Shown here: piece after piece, positions 36,173 through 45,414 of the stretch
How positions within the stretch are numbered: the first letter of the stretch is position 1
Layout: every line of letters starts with the position of its first letter
Origin: Blastocladiella emersonii ATCC 22665
Lineage: Eukaryota; Fungi; Blastocladiomycota
Assembly: GCA_025594325.1 (NCBI GenBank)
Contig: JANHCV010000004.1
Location: 1,116,001 to 1,180,000, forward strand
DNA length: 64,000 bases
Reading direction: 5' to 3'
The notes under the pieces: generated by a model
Seen by the model: the letters and a program-made list of their open reading frames with translations, nothing else
Database searches by the model: none
Told to the model about the DNA's origin: nothing
Position numbers and translations under genes: made by a program

Positions 36173-36812
36173 CTGAACAACGTTGTGTTCCTCTCTCCAC
36201 TTCCTCTGTTTCCCCTTTTGTTGTTGCTGTCCTCTCATTCACAATCTTTGATATTTTTTTTGTTACTATCACGATTGACTGCAGGCGAGAGAGCTTGGTG
36301 GTGGGAGACTCGGACGCGTTGGTTATATCCTGTGAAACGCGTGAAACACATGCGTGACGCACGTGGGCCAGGGAGACATGTCAGATCCCAAGGGCGCGCG
36401 TCGGCTAGGCAAAAATAGAGGGCTTTAGCCCTCGATTGGTGCCGGAAATCCTCGAGTTCAGTTGGGCCACCTTGATTGGACCGCTTCGCGCAAGCGAGTC
36501 GGGATCGACTGAGCTTTACTTCCCCTCGGCGGGCGCGGACTCTCACAGACTGGGTAGCGCTTTCCTGCCCACGATCCCTTTTCACACTCCCAGAAGTACT
36601 GACGAGCCTCCCTTGCCTCGAAGGCTTCAGTAGGTTGCTTGCACAATTCCACCCGCGCTCATTCACTCGAGCGTCTCAAGTGAGACGCGCAACTTGTTTG
36701 CATATTCGCACTCTCCGCCGTTCCTCACGATTGCGTGCCCTGATTGATCATGTACTTCGGCGGGCGGTACAGCCGTGGGTGAATGTTCCACTGGATCGCG
36801 TTGGACGCATAC

Positions 36813-37028
36813 TGTTGCGTGTCGTTCATGTGGCCGTGACCACGGTGATCAATCATCTGATCTTGCGTGAGCCGCCCGCAATCCCTTGCTCCCGCGCCGC
36901 CGCACCCCGCTGCGGCGCGCCCTGCTTTGTTATCCATTCTCCCCTCTCCCCGTCTTGGGTTTGGGGCCAAAGGCAGGAATAGACATCCCTGACTACTTGT
37001 CTCCCGCCTCCTTCTGTCGGCATCAACA
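36813..37028 (+). repeat. 5' LTR (216 bp)
   Basis: TG...CA termini; direct repeat of 42098-42313 with 7 mismatches by manual alignment. Confidence 0.97.
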
Positions 37029-37050
37029 TTTTTTTCAAGTAGTTTTCCGC

Positions 37051-38379
37051 ATGGCCTCAAACCCCACCTTCACCATCTCGCCGGCGCTCTGCAGCGACAT
37101 CTCCACGCTCCCCGGCACCTGCAGCACTGCGGCCAAGGACCCCCAGGCCGTGCCCGCCGCACGCGCGCGCGCCACCAAGCTGCGCCAGCTACTCGGTGAG
37201 CAATTCGCTGCCTGCTCGGCCGCCATCAACGCCGCCGCACAACCCGCGCCGTCCCAGGGCAACGGCACGTCAGCCACCCACCCGCCCAAGCTGCAGGCCC
37301 AGGCCGCCAAGGCGCTGGACGCGCTCATCGCCGCGCACTCGCGCTACAACAACATCATCAACCTCGCCGTCGACATGCTGCCCGCCGAGGCGCCCCCGGC
37401 CGCGCCGGCCGCCGCCTCGCCAGCCGCTCCCGCCGCGTCAACCACCAGCGTCGACAAGCAGCTGCGCGCCGACATTGAGAGCACCCGCATCAACTACTGC
37501 CACCCAACCCGCGGCAACTGCCGGGACCCAGCCACCTTCCTCCGCAACCTCCGCGACCTCTACCCGCTGCACAACCTGTACAAGCTGCTCAACGCCGCCA
37601 CCACCACTGTCGGCCACAACGCCCAGGTCGTGTACAAGTCGATGGTCCGTGAGGGCGCCGGTCTCGGGGAGCACCAGCTGATCGCCCACTTCTTTGACCA
37701 CATGGAGCGCGCCGCCATCGTCTGCTACCTCGACCTCTTGTTCCCCGCCACTCCGGGCCTCACCCTCGAGCGCCACCGCGTTGTGTTTGTCCAGCGTCTC
37801 CGCAAGGGGGGTTGCCTGGATCCCACCGGCCACCTGCCTCCCGCGCTCCTCTCCTCGTTCCTCAACTCGGCCAAGGGCATCAAGGACGACGTCTACAACG
37901 CCCTCTGCCACACGCTCGGCACCGCCACCTCCAAGCGCACCCCGCTCACGCTCGTCGACCTCATTGGCCCCCACGGCTACGTCCAGATCGCCTCGCGCAG
38001 CAAGGCGCCCGCTGGCGACGCTGGCGACGCCTCGTCTGCCGTGCCAGCCGCGCGCACCAAGTCGGGCAACAAGGACAAGGACAAGAACAAGAACAACAAC
38101 AACTACAACAACAACAACAACAACTACAACAACAAGAACAACAACAACTACAACAACCACCGCGGCGGCAGTGCCCACGACAAGAACGGCCACTACGACA
38201 AGGGCAAGGCCGGCCGTGACGACCGCGCGTCCCGCAACGCCCTGCGCGCGCTTCTCGCTGTGCCCGACGACCACCACGATCGTGACCGTGGCGGCAGCGA
38301 CGAGCGCGCCCCGCGCAACTACCACGCGGCTGTGGCGCCTGTCTGGCCTGCGGGTCTCGAGACCAAGTTTGGCGGATGA
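37051..38379 (+). CDS. Gag-like ORF of the retrotransposon
   Basis: 442-codon open frame directly after the 5' LTR/PBS region; no CCHC knuckle; Asn-rich tract near the C-terminus. Confidence 0.75.
   Translation: MASNPTFTISPALCSDISTLPGTCSTAAKDPQAVPAARARATKLRQLLGEQFAACSAAINAAAQPAPSQGNGTSATHPPKLQAQAAKALDALIAAHSRYNNIINLAVDMLPAEAPPAAPAAASPAAPAASTTSVDKQLRADIESTRINYCHPTRGNCRDPATFLRNLRDLYPLHNLYKLLNAATTTVGHNAQVVYKSMVREGAGLGEHQLIAHFFDHMERAAIVCYLDLLFPATPGLTLERHRVVFVQRLRKGGCLDPTGHLPPALLSSFLNSAKGIKDDVYNALCHTLGTATSKRTPLTLVDLIGPHGYVQIASRSKAPAGDAGDASSAVPAARTKSGNKDKDKNKNNNNYNNNNNNYNNKNNNNYNNHRGGSAHDKNGHYDKGKAGRDDRASRNALRALLAVPDDHHDRDRGGSDERAPRNYHAAVAPVWPAGLETKFGG
38068..38157 (+). repeat. Interrupted (AAC)n microsatellite encoding an Asn-rich tract
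   Basis: aacaaggacaaggacaagaacaagaacaacaacaactacaacaac... translates NKDKDKNKNNNNYNNNNNNYNNKNNNNYNN. Confidence 0.95.
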
Positions 38380-38792
38380 CCTCGAGCGCTCCCGCTCCAA
38401 GTTCGTCTCCTCGCCTGCCCGCGCGGTCGACGGCATTAACCGCTCCCAGCCCCTGCTCGCCCACCACCTCCGTGTCCTCGCCCTCCTGCCGGCGTCTGCC
38501 ACCAGCCTGTTTGCGCACCTGCTTGACAAGTTCTACCACATCATTGTCGGCTCCTGCCTTGGCCCCACCTCGGCCCGCGCCGCCACCGTCACCCGCAACG
38601 ATCCCCTTTGCGGCCGCCTTGGTCCCGTCGCACATTTTGCCACCCCGCCCGCTCTGGTGCGCGCCGTGAGCACAACGGCGCCAGTGTGGTCGACCCCAAC
38701 TGGCTGGGCACGCCTGCATTTTTGTGACCTGGGCACGCGCGTCCATCCGCAACCTGTACGTGGCGCTTGTCGCTCACAATAATAATATCCCT

Positions 38793-39252
38793 GACCTCAT
38801 CATTCCGGCTCTATCCAGCCTGATGTCGTCTTCGCGCGCTTGTTCAGCTGCGGCGAACCGCACGCCTGTTTGCAGCGAGCCTTCTTGGTGCTACCCGGCG
38901 TTCCTGACCGTGCGTGCAGACCTGTTCCTCGACGACATCATTCCGGCTCTATCCAGCCTGATGTCGTCTTCGCGCGCTCGTTCGGCTGCGGCGAACCGCA
39001 CGCCTGTTCGCGGCGAGCCTTCTTGGTGCTACCCGGCGTTCCTGACCGTGCGTGCAGACCTGTTCCTCGACGACATCATTCCAGCTCTATCCAGCCCGAT
39101 GTCGTCTTCGCGCGCTCGTTTGGCTGCAGCGAACCGCACGCCCGTTCGCGGCGAGCCTTCTCAGTGCTACCCGGCGTTCCTGACCGTGCGTGCAGGCTTG
39201 TTCCTTGACAACATCATTCCGGCTCTATCCAGCCCGATGTCGTCTTCGCGCG
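38793..39252 (+). repeat. 138-bp tandem repeat, about 3.3 copies, inside pol
   Basis: Unit starts at 38793, 38931, 39069, 39207; 46-codon period DDIIPALSSLMSSSRARSAAANRTPVRGEPSWCYPAFLTVRADLFL. Confidence 0.95.
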
Positions 39253-42085
39253 GCCCGTTTGGCATCAAGACCCTCTCAGCGCAGTTCCAGGCTGTCATGT
39301 ACAACATCTTCTACAACATGCCGTTCGTGCGCGTCTTCATCGATGATCTCATCATCTTCTCAGCCTCAATCAAGGAGCACACCCAGCACCTTGTCCTCGT
39401 CGTCTACCGTCGTCTACCGTCTCACGCAGTGGAACCTCCGCCTCAACCCTGCCAAGTGCTTCTTCTACACGCGTGCACCTGCTTGGCCACGTCATCTTGG
39501 CCGAGGGCGTGCAGCCCGCCAAGGCCAAGGTCATCTCAATCCGCAACTGGCTGCGTCCGACGTCCGGCAACCAGGTCCAGAAGTTCCTCGGCCTCATCAA
39601 CTACCTGCGCGCCTACATCCCGCTCGCCGCGGTCCTCATGCACCCGCTCGACGCGCTGTGCAAACCTCAAGCGCATCGACCTCGACGTCCGCAACGTGTG
39701 GACCAACAAGTGCAAGCAGGCGTTCCTCGCCGTAAAGGCCGCTGTCGCCGCCGCCCTGTGTCTCGCGCCGCCCGATTTCTCCAAGCCGTTCTTTGTCGCT
39801 ACCAACGCCTCAAACGTCAGTCTTGGCGCCGTCCTGTTCCAGGGTAGCCGCGAGTCCCCGCGCTACATCTTGTTTGCCTCTCGCTCTCTGCAGCCCGCTG
39901 AGCAGGACTACTCAGCCACCAAGCGCAAGCTCCTTGGCATCGTCTTTACGCTCACTCGCTTCTTCTACTACCTCCACGGCCGCCGTTTCGCGTTGTTCAC
40001 GGACCACGCGGCGCTCACCCACATGTTCATGCAGAAGCGCCTGTCGCCCATCCTCGAAAACTGGCTTGACACGCTGCTCTCCCTCTCGTTCTCAGTCACG
40101 CACCTCCCTGGCGTCCTGAACGTGCTGCCCAACATCCTGTCGCGCCTGTTAATACCAACGCCCGTGCCCGTCTTGTTGCCATCAACCGCGCCGGCCGTCG
40201 TCCTGTATTGCGTTCCCCCCGTGGGCGCCCGCTGGTGGGGGGGGGGTCCCTCCGGATCCTCTCCCGCGCCGTCTCTCCCCAAGTGTGCCCTTGGCGACGG
40301 CGAGCTTGAGCAGCCCATGACGCACGATCTCTCTCTCGCAGAGAATTGTGCTCAACACTTTTTCCTCGCGCCGGCCTCGCTCCTGCCCGCGGAGCGGGCC
40401 CGCGCTTTTGCTGCTGCACCCACCCATGGGGGCAGCTCTTCTTCAACACCCGCGCCCGCCGTGCACGCCCGCGTCGTCGCCGCCGCACCCGCCCCCGAGG
40501 GTAGCGCGCCGCGGCCCAAGTTCTCGCCCATTGGCACCGTCCCGCCCGCGCAGCGCCTCGACATGGCGCCCGTTCCGCGTGACCAGCGCGACCAGATCAT
40601 CCGCAACGTGCACGACTGGGGCCACTCAGGTCTCGCGGCCACACAGCAGCAGCTCGTCGTCCTCGGCCACGTATGGCCCAGCATGCTCGCCGACTGCCAG
40701 CGCGTCATTGCCGGTTGCATCCCGTGCGCGCGGTTCTTGGCCACGCGGCAGGGTTTCCACCCAATGCGCTCAATTGAGGCGCTGCTGCCGCTCGACCACC
40801 TGTCCATGGACTGCATGCAGCTGCCCATCTCGCCCGACGGATACACGCACGTGCTTGATTCATCAACATCTGCACCTGGTTCGTGTGGCTCCACCCGATC
40901 CGCTCCGCGTCTGCCGGCGAGGTCGCCACCTGCTTCCTGGCCACGTGCTTCCAGTTCGGTTTCCCGCGCATCATCCAGTCCGACAACGGCCCCGAGTTCG
41001 CCAACCAGATCATCGCCTCGCTCGCCAACATGGCCGGCATCAACTGCCGCCTTGTGTCGCTGTACCACCCGCAGGCCGACGGCGCCTCGGAGCGTCTCGT
41101 TCGCTCGGTCAAGGAGATGCTGCTCCCCTCGCTCAACGGGCAGCTCAACCGCTGGCCCGCCATGGTCCCGGCCATCCAGTACGCCTACAACACGCGCGCG
41201 CACGCGCGCCACGGCTCGACGCCCTTCTCGCTCATGTTCGCGCGTCCCGCCAACGCGCTCCGCGACTACCGCGTGCAGCCGCCCCTCCGCGACATGACCG
41301 AGCAGGAGCAGCTCGCTCGCCTCAAGCTCATGACCGAGTCCATCTACCCCGCCATTGCGCAGCGCACCGCCGACCGCAACGCCGTTGTGCAGGCGCGCGC
41401 CGATCAGCACCGCAAGATCATCCCCACTGACTTCCCCGCGGGCGCCATCGTCATGCGCATGACCACCGACCGCGCCTCCCGCCTCGACCCACGCTACGAG
41501 GGCCCGTACACGGTGGTCCGCCGCAACCGTGGCGGCGCGTACGTGCTCCGCGACGCCACTGGCGCACTCGTTGAGAAGATCCCCGCGCACCACCTGCGCC
41601 TCATCCAGCCCGAGTCGGCGCCTTTGGGCGAATCGGACACTGTGCGCGACATCCTCCGTCATCGCGACGGCGCGAACGGCGAGCGCGAGTACCTGGTCCG
41701 CTGGTCCAATCGCTCCGCCAAGAACTCGTGGATCCCCGCCAGCAGCTTTGACACCGCCGGCGCCATCAACAACTACCACAAGAAGATCTCGGCCGACACC
41801 TGGCTTGAGCGCCAGCGTTCGCTGCAGCGTCTCGCCTCCAAGGTCGCCGCGTCTTCCCCTGTGCCCGCTCCACGCCAAGATCCTGCTCCTCGCCAAGTCT
41901 CGGCCGACAAGTCGCAGTTCTTGGTCACGCAGTCCCCGGCCGCCTCATCGCCCGCCCGCGCCAAACCAAAGCGCGCGCGCTCACCCTCGCCCGACCCGCC
42001 GTCGTCCATCACGCGCAGCCGGTCCGGTCGCCAGCTCAAGAACGCGGTGTACCAAGGGTTCGTCAAGTCGCTCAGGTCACGGTCT

Positions 42086-42097
42086 GGGGGGAGGTGA
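42086..42097 (+). other. Polypurine tract
   Basis: GGGGGGAGGTGA immediately 5' of the 3' LTR. Confidence 0.85.
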
Positions 42098-42313
42098 TGT
42101 TGCGTGTCGTTCATGTGGCCATGACCGCGGTGATCAATCATCTGATCTCGCGTGAGCCGCCCGCAATCCCTCGCTCCCGCGCCGCCGCACCCCGCTGCGG
42201 CGCGCCCTGCTTTGTTATCCATTCTCCCCTCTCCCCGTCTTGGGTTCGGGGCCGAAGGCAGGAATAGACATCCCTGACTACTTGTCTCCCGCCTCCTTCT
42301 GTCAGCATCAACA
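42098..42313 (+). repeat. 3' LTR (216 bp)
   Basis: Direct repeat of 36813-37028, followed by TSD CATAC. Confidence 0.97.
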
Positions 42314-43010
42314 CATACGTGGACTTGCTAATATTGCGCTCGACATTGCGCATGCGGATCCCGCACGCGCGCATCACCGTGAGCATGCCCTCAAAATCGC
42401 CAGGCGACATGAGATGCGCCGCCTGCAGGATGGAGCACTGCTCGAGCGTGGCCGACACGGACGTGCGGTTCTGGGCCGACTTGCACGACGTGAACCGGGT
42501 CGTCGTGGACGGCATGCACCCAAACGGCGACAGGCGGCCTCGGCGTTGCCGGCCATGAGCAGGTGCAACGACTCTAACACGCGCGTGATGTGCGCGGCCA
42601 TAACAAAAATGTCCATGTTCTTGGCGCGCGCGCCGCCGCTGACGGCACCGAGGACGTGGCGCAGGCCCAACATGGCGACCCACAGCCGCGGCTCCGCTGG
42701 AACTGCGGCGCACTGCTGGCGGCACCTCCACGTCCGTGAGTCGCACCCTGGGACGTTTCACAACTACGGTTATGATCCGATTTCACACGTATTCGCGACA
42801 ACTGAGCCGCGGCGAGCGTAAGGTCGCGCTTTGATGAATACGCGAAGACGGCTGGGAGGAGGTGATGGCGCCACATCAGGCAAGTGGCGCGTCGCGTCTG
42901 AGCACTTCCCCTGCGTCGTGTCGACATTGTTCTCGTTCATGAAGAGTGTATTACGTTTTTGAAAACTATACAATCTGCTCAAAAGAACTCCCTTGGTAAA
43001 ATCTCGCGCG

Positions 43011-44672
43011 TCAGGTTTCCTTTTTGATCGGCATCCAGCCGCGGCCGCGGCCAGCATACATCACGACCCGCGGCGCAGCGGTTGGCGCAGGATCCGCAGG
43101 CTGCGCTTGGCCGTTGGGGTCTGGCGGAGTTTCGACGGGCTCGGTGAAGGGCCCGAGACCGCCCTTGACGCCAGTCACGTCCAAGAGCCAGCGAACGGGA
43201 TCGCCGGGTGGCAGCTCGCCGTCATCCGTGGACGCGCGTAGGATGGCCTCGAACCCATCATAATAAACAAGCGAGTGAAGCAGGGACCCGGCCACGGCGT
43301 CAATTAGACCGGCGACAATGACTGCAGCATAGTAAAGATTGGTTGCGAGTAAGACGAATTTCGGCGTACGCTCGATCACGATGCGAATCAGGTCGAAAGG
43401 GAACTGTTTCGCTTTGAGCAGGTAGCGTGCGAGCGCTTCGGGTACGGAAGCAAGCGCCTGGCTTGGAGCCGGTGCAGCTGTCCCAGGGGTGGGACCCGAG
43501 GAATCCGCGGGCGGCTCCAGGTCAAGGATTGACTGCATCAAAGTGTGAACAATTTGCGGGTTGCCCGAGTTGAGCGCCTCGGCGAGGATCTGTGGTGGCA
43601 CGCCACGTCGAAGGCAACTGTTGAGTCCAAGCAGGCAGTGAAGCGAGCCGTGGCGAATTGCCATGGCGACCAGGCCAGCTGTACGACTCACACGGTACAC
43701 TTGCGCTTCGGGGAGATGGAACCCAGCCATCGTGAGGATGAGGCCATACCCAAGCCGAGTGAACTGGAAGAGAACTTGGTTGTAATCGCCGCGGATGGCA
43801 AGGTAAATAATCGTTTCGCATGTGCCGCGCCACTCTTTCCCAACGTTGGGCCCGTGGTCCGCGTACATATGCGGCAGCACAGAGAACACGCGCTCGGTGT
43901 CGTTAAGAACGGTCGCAATGCAAAGGTCCGAGGCCAGCAGCGTCTTCTCGAGCTCGTACGCCCACCGCTTCTCCTCGGAAATAACGAAAAAGGACACGTT
44001 CAGAAACTTGGCTTGCGCGAGGTCGAAGCGAGGAAGCGGCTCCAGTGCCGGGTTCTCGTCCGCGAGCACAGCACGGAACAGGTCAAAGTGGTGAAGCGCG
44101 ACTTTGCTCCAGTCGGTAATCGTGTGCGCAATCAGGAAGCGCAAGGCACGGTGAAGGTCATTAAGGGCGGCCTCGGACGACGGGTCGAGGTGGTTGATAG
44201 CGGAAACCACAGCGGTGATGCCTGCCAAATGAAGTTGCTTGCGGTCCTTGAAGACGCCAACGGAATCTTCCTGATCGCGAGGCCGCCGAAAGAATCGCGG
44301 TTCGGAATCGATGAGGTAGCGGCGAAGGACAGCGATGTCGCCGTAGGAAGCCGCCTGCTGGAGTACGTGACCGGCATCGACGAGAGGATCGACCAAGTGC
44401 GAGTCAAGGAGCTGGTTCAGGACGGAGACGTGCTCGCCCCGTGCGTCATGAAGCAGACCGCCGGTGGCAGGATCCGTAACCCACTGGTGCTTGTCGCGGT
44501 CGAGGCACCACTGCAAGTGCTCGGCAGCAAACGGTGCCATGGTGAAGATGGCGGCGAACGCGCGGCAGGTCGCACGAATCCGCGCGGTCTCAGTCGCGCC
44601 GAGGAACGGCCGAAGCGTCGCTAGCACGACCGCCGGCATGGTCCCAAGAGAGCGTTGCATCAAGTCATTCAT
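43011..44672 (-). CDS. F-box-like plus ankyrin-like repeat protein (553 aa), intronless
   Basis: N-terminal MPAVVLATLRPFLGATETARIRATCRAF resembles an F-box; ankyrin-like LQQAASYGDIAVLRRYL, AMAIRHGSLHCL, AEALNSGNPQIVHTL; intact ORF from ATG 44672. Confidence 0.7.
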   Translation of the reverse strand: MNDLMQRSLGTMPAVVLATLRPFLGATETARIRATCRAFAAIFTMAPFAAEHLQWCLDRDKHQWVTDPATGGLLHDARGEHVSVLNQLLDSHLVDPLVDAGHVLQQAASYGDIAVLRRYLIDSEPRFFRRPRDQEDSVGVFKDRKQLHLAGITAVVSAINHLDPSSEAALNDLHRALRFLIAHTITDWSKVALHHFDLFRAVLADENPALEPLPRFDLAQAKFLNVSFFVISEEKRWAYELEKTLLASDLCIATVLNDTERVFSVLPHMYADHGPNVGKEWRGTCETIIYLAIRGDYNQVLFQFTRLGYGLILTMAGFHLPEAQVYRVSRTAGLVAMAIRHGSLHCLLGLNSCLRRGVPPQILAEALNSGNPQIVHTLMQSILDLEPPADSSGPTPGTAAPAPSQALASVPEALARYLLKAKQFPFDLIRIVIERTPKFVLLATNLYYAAVIVAGLIDAVAGSLLHSLVYYDGFEAILRASTDDGELPPGDPVRWLLDVTGVKGGLGPFTEPVETPPDPNGQAQPADPAPTAAPRVVMYAGRGRGWMPIKKET

Positions 44673-45085
44673 TTTTTTGACATGTGGGTGTTGCTGTCGC
44701 CGCGGTGTGTGAGAAGCGGGATTCGGCGCCCGCGAGTCGGTCGCCACAGCTGACTCACCACGCGGTCGTGGTCGGTCGAGCCAAGGGAACTGGTCGAGCA
44801 GCCAGTCAGGTCGAATTTCGGTCTGCTTCGACCACAGGATGACTCTTAATGAATAGAGCCCCGTCCAGGAATCGCTGCAGGACGTGCGTGTGCAAGCCAC
44901 CATCAGTGTGTTGTTCCTGCAGCCGCAGCGGCAGCGGAGCGCGTCGTTCATGCAGCCGCAGCGGCGCCACTCTCGCTCGGCGATCAGCCAAACGATCACG
45001 ATAAAAGGTTGCTCGTCCCCCGCACCAAGTCCTCTTCTCTCTCAACCAACGCTCTGTCCAAGACCCACACACCAAGCGCGCCATC

Positions 45086-45286
45086 ATGCCCCTCGTCAAC
45101 CTCAGTGTCGCCGCCGTCGCCCGCCTGCTGCCGTCCACGGCGTCGCCCCAGGACGAGACCCTCGCCGCGTCCGTCGTGTCCGTGCGGCCAACCTACGCCA
45201 CGGCCCGCTCGACCAAGGATAGCAAGGACAAGAAGAAGAAACGCCACGAGCTCAAGGACATCAACGTCATGCGGCTGCTGCAGTAA
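45086..45286 (+). CDS. Small hypothetical protein (66 aa)
   Basis: CATC-ATG context, strong GC3 bias, pyrimidine-rich leader, basic C-terminus KDSKDKKKKRHELKDINVMRLLQ. Confidence 0.5.
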   Translation: MPLVNLSVAAVARLLPSTASPQDETLAASVVSVRPTYATARSTKDSKDKKKKRHELKDINVMRLLQ

Positions 45287-45414
45287 CTCGCGCCGCCGGT
45301 CGCGCACCGACCGCCGACCGCCCTGATTCAAGCAGCCGATGCTTCGATTGTACATTTTGCACCCATAACCCGACCATGATACATACAAACACTCCACTTC
45401 ACTCCACTCCGACC

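Larger units (their letters stand above)
33112..36445 (-). mobile_element. Putative non-autonomous Helitron2/Helentron-like element
   Basis: 21-bp perfect inverted repeat CAATCGAGGGCTAAAGCCCTC at 33139-33159 and its reverse complement at 36418-36438, each containing a palindrome; extra stem-loop AGACGC-TTC-GCGTCT at 33118-33132; no TSD; encloses a PIF1 fragment. Exact termini inferred. Confidence 0.6.
38380..42097 (+). pseudogene. Degenerate pol (partial RT, RNase H, integrase, chromodomain)
   Basis: RT PFGIK...VFIDDLIIFS; RNase H FFVATNAS/DYSATKRKLL/FTDH; integrase HHCC finger, SDNGPEF, YHPQADGASER, EGPY; chromodomain EREYLVRW...SWIP; multiple frameshifts. Confidence 0.95.
36813..42313 (+). 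mobile_element. Full-length, inactivated Ty3/Gypsy chromovirus LTR retrotransposon
   Basis: Two 216-bp LTRs TGTTG...CAACA, 5-bp TSD CATAC on both sides, PPT before the 3' LTR, domain order gag-RT-RH-IN-chromodomain. Confidence 0.97.
36458..42760 (-). pseudogene. Unknown gene interrupted by the LTR retrotransposon
   Basis: Removing the element and one TSD joins ...RNISKSTY to ASNAIQWNIHPRLYRPPKYMINQG in frame; downstream in-frame TGA stops and an upstream frameshift near 42535. Confidence 0.5.

Noticed and set aside
36671-36688. Hairpin GCGTCTC-AAGT-GAGACGC as an alternative element end
   Set aside because: Lies about 230 bp outside the inverted repeat and within the interrupted gene's frame; sharing GCGTCT/AGACGC with the 33118 hairpin may be chance.
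38340-38380. Programmed +1 gag-pol frameshift site
   Set aside because: The downstream frame is +1, but no Ty1/Ty3-type slippery motif is present and the element has many random frameshifts.
38793-39252. CRISPR-like array or hammerhead ribozyme array
   Set aside because: Units are contiguous with no unique spacers and no cas genes; the hammerhead core (CUGANGA plus GAAA) is absent on both strands.
15741-45286. Endogenous giant virus or Polinton/Starship
   Set aside because: No capsid, PolB, packaging ATPase, tyrosine recombinase captain or long terminal repeats seen.
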